DNA of 64,000 nt from an uncultured Acidobacteriota bacterium (GTDB taxonomy: Bacteria; Acidobacteriota; Thermoanaerobaculia; UBA5066): positions 224,001 through 288,000 of the forward strand of contig CAVZYA010000003.1 of NCBI GenBank assembly GCA_963779415.1. Reading direction: 5' to 3'. The translations under genes were made by a program, and so were the position numbers. This document shows, piece by piece, positions 62,953-64,000 of the stretch; the stretch's first letter is position 1, and each line of letters begins with the position of its first letter. The notes under the pieces are model-generated. The model was not told where the DNA came from and ran no database searches. It saw nothing but the letters and a program-made list of their open reading frames with translations.

Positions 62953-64000
62953 TGTCCGCCGCGCTGCCGCGCCCGCCCCTAATCGCACCCGGGCACACGC
63001 CCGCCACGGTCACAGACAAGATCGCGGCGACGGTCCTCGACCGGACGCCGCGCTGGTGGATCCTCGGATTCGCCTTTTCCTTCAGCCTCCTGAGTGTCTT
63101 TCTCGTCGCGGTGACCTGGCTCTTCGCGAAGGGGGTCGGAATCTGGGGAATCAACATCCCGGTCGGATGGGGCTGGGCCATCATCAACTTCGTCTGGTGG
63201 ATCGGCATCGGCCACGCCGGGACGCTCATCTCCGCGATCCTTCTCCTCCTCCGGCAGCAGTGGCGGACTTCGATCAACCGGTTCGCCGAGGCGATGACCC
63301 TCTTCGCCGTGGCCTGCGCCGGCGTCTTCCCGATCCTCCACCTCGGCCGGCCTCAGGTCTTCTACTTTCTCTTCCCCTACCCGAACACGATGGCCGTCTG
63401 GCCCAACTTCCGGAGTCCCCTCGTCTGGGACGTCTTCGCGGTTTCGACCTACGCGACCGTCTCGGCGCTCTTCTGGTTCATGGGGCTGATCCCCGACCTC
63501 GCGACGCTCCGCGACCGGGCCGGCAGCCCCTTCGCGCAGAAGGTGTACGGCATCTTCGCGATGGGCTGGCGGGGCTCGGCGCGGCACTGGCACAACTACG
63601 AGACGGCGTCTCTCCTCCTCGCCGGCCTCTGCACGCCCCTCGTCCTCTCCGTTCACACGGTCGTCAGCTGGGACTTCTCCGTCGGCATCATCCCCGGCTG
63701 GCACGCGACAATCTTCCCCCCCTACTTCGTCGCCGGCGCCATCTACGCCGGCTTCGCGATGGTCATCCTCCTCGCCGTGCCCCTCCGGGTCGCCTTCGGC
63801 CTTCAGGACTTCATCACGATGCGCCACCTCTCGAACATGGGGAAGGTGATGCTCGCGACGGGGATGATCGTCGTCTACGGCTACGCCATGGAAGCTTTCA
63901 TGGCGTGGTACAGCGGCAACAAGTTCGAGTGGTACATGCTTGCGAACCGCGCCACGGGACCCTACCGGAACTACTGGATGACGCTGATGTTCTGCAACGC
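62952..64000 (+). CDS. actC: Alternative complex III subunit C (NrfD/PsrC family), runs off the window
   Basis: Manual translation from ATG 62952: [62 protein letters not shown] and PLVLSVH. Confidence 0.95.
   Translation, partial: MSAALPRPPLIAPGHTPATVTDKIAATVLDRTPRWWILGFAFSFSLLSVFLVAVTWLFAKGVGIWGINIPVGWGWAIINFVWWIGIGHAGTLISAILLLLRQQWRTSINRFAEAMTLFAVACAGVFPILHLGRPQVFYFLFPYPNTMAVWPNFRSPLVWDVFAVSTYATVSALFWFMGLIPDLATLRDRAGSPFAQKVYGIFAMGWRGSARHWHNYETASLLLAGLCTPLVLSVHTVVSWDFSVGIIPGWHATIFPPYFVAGAIYAGFAMVILLAVPLRVAFGLQDFITMRHLSNMGKVMLATGMIVVYGYAMEAFMAWYSGNKFEWYMLANRATGPYRNYWMTLMFCN

Noticed and set aside
1-64000. tRNA, rRNA, CRISPR array, IS/transposase, integrase or prophage genes
   Set aside because: None recognised on reading; intergenic gaps are short and lack periodic repeats. 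A covariance-model scan was not possible, so small RNAs cannot be excluded.

Overview
A GC-rich (roughly 70% by eye) bacterial chromosomal window. The gene set (alternative complex III, MacB-type permeases, CSLREA protein with tandem beta-sandwich repeats) suggests Acidobacteriota, possibly Thermoanaerobaculia; this is inference. About 45 CDS are mostly housekeeping or envelope and secreted functions: M13 and M14 peptidases, a Frw-like PTS plus secreted GH38 mannosidase operon, a Phd-VapC toxin-antitoxin pair, murA/murB, a cobB-radC-metG-LOG-tatD-zincin run, alpha-2-macroglobulin, a RapA-like ATPase and the start of the actABC operon. At least 11 genes, including essential metG, carry frameshifts, best explained as long-read indel errors. 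I saw no rRNA, tRNA, CRISPR array, integrase or transposase. The most notable item is a three-gene minus-strand operon at 4999-8020. It encodes a 57-aa microprotein missing from the ORF track (signal peptide + ~7 residues + IPTL-CTERM-like sorting signal), a HExxH membrane metalloprotease-like domain fused through an internal twin-arginine motif to a gluconate-dehydrogenase subunit-3 domain, and an Fe-S GMC flavoprotein. Also notable are single foreign-looking genes bounded by GGGGWCAG-like motifs, a 221-bp duplicated zincin 3' end flanking an inserted gene, and a probable internal start in metG.
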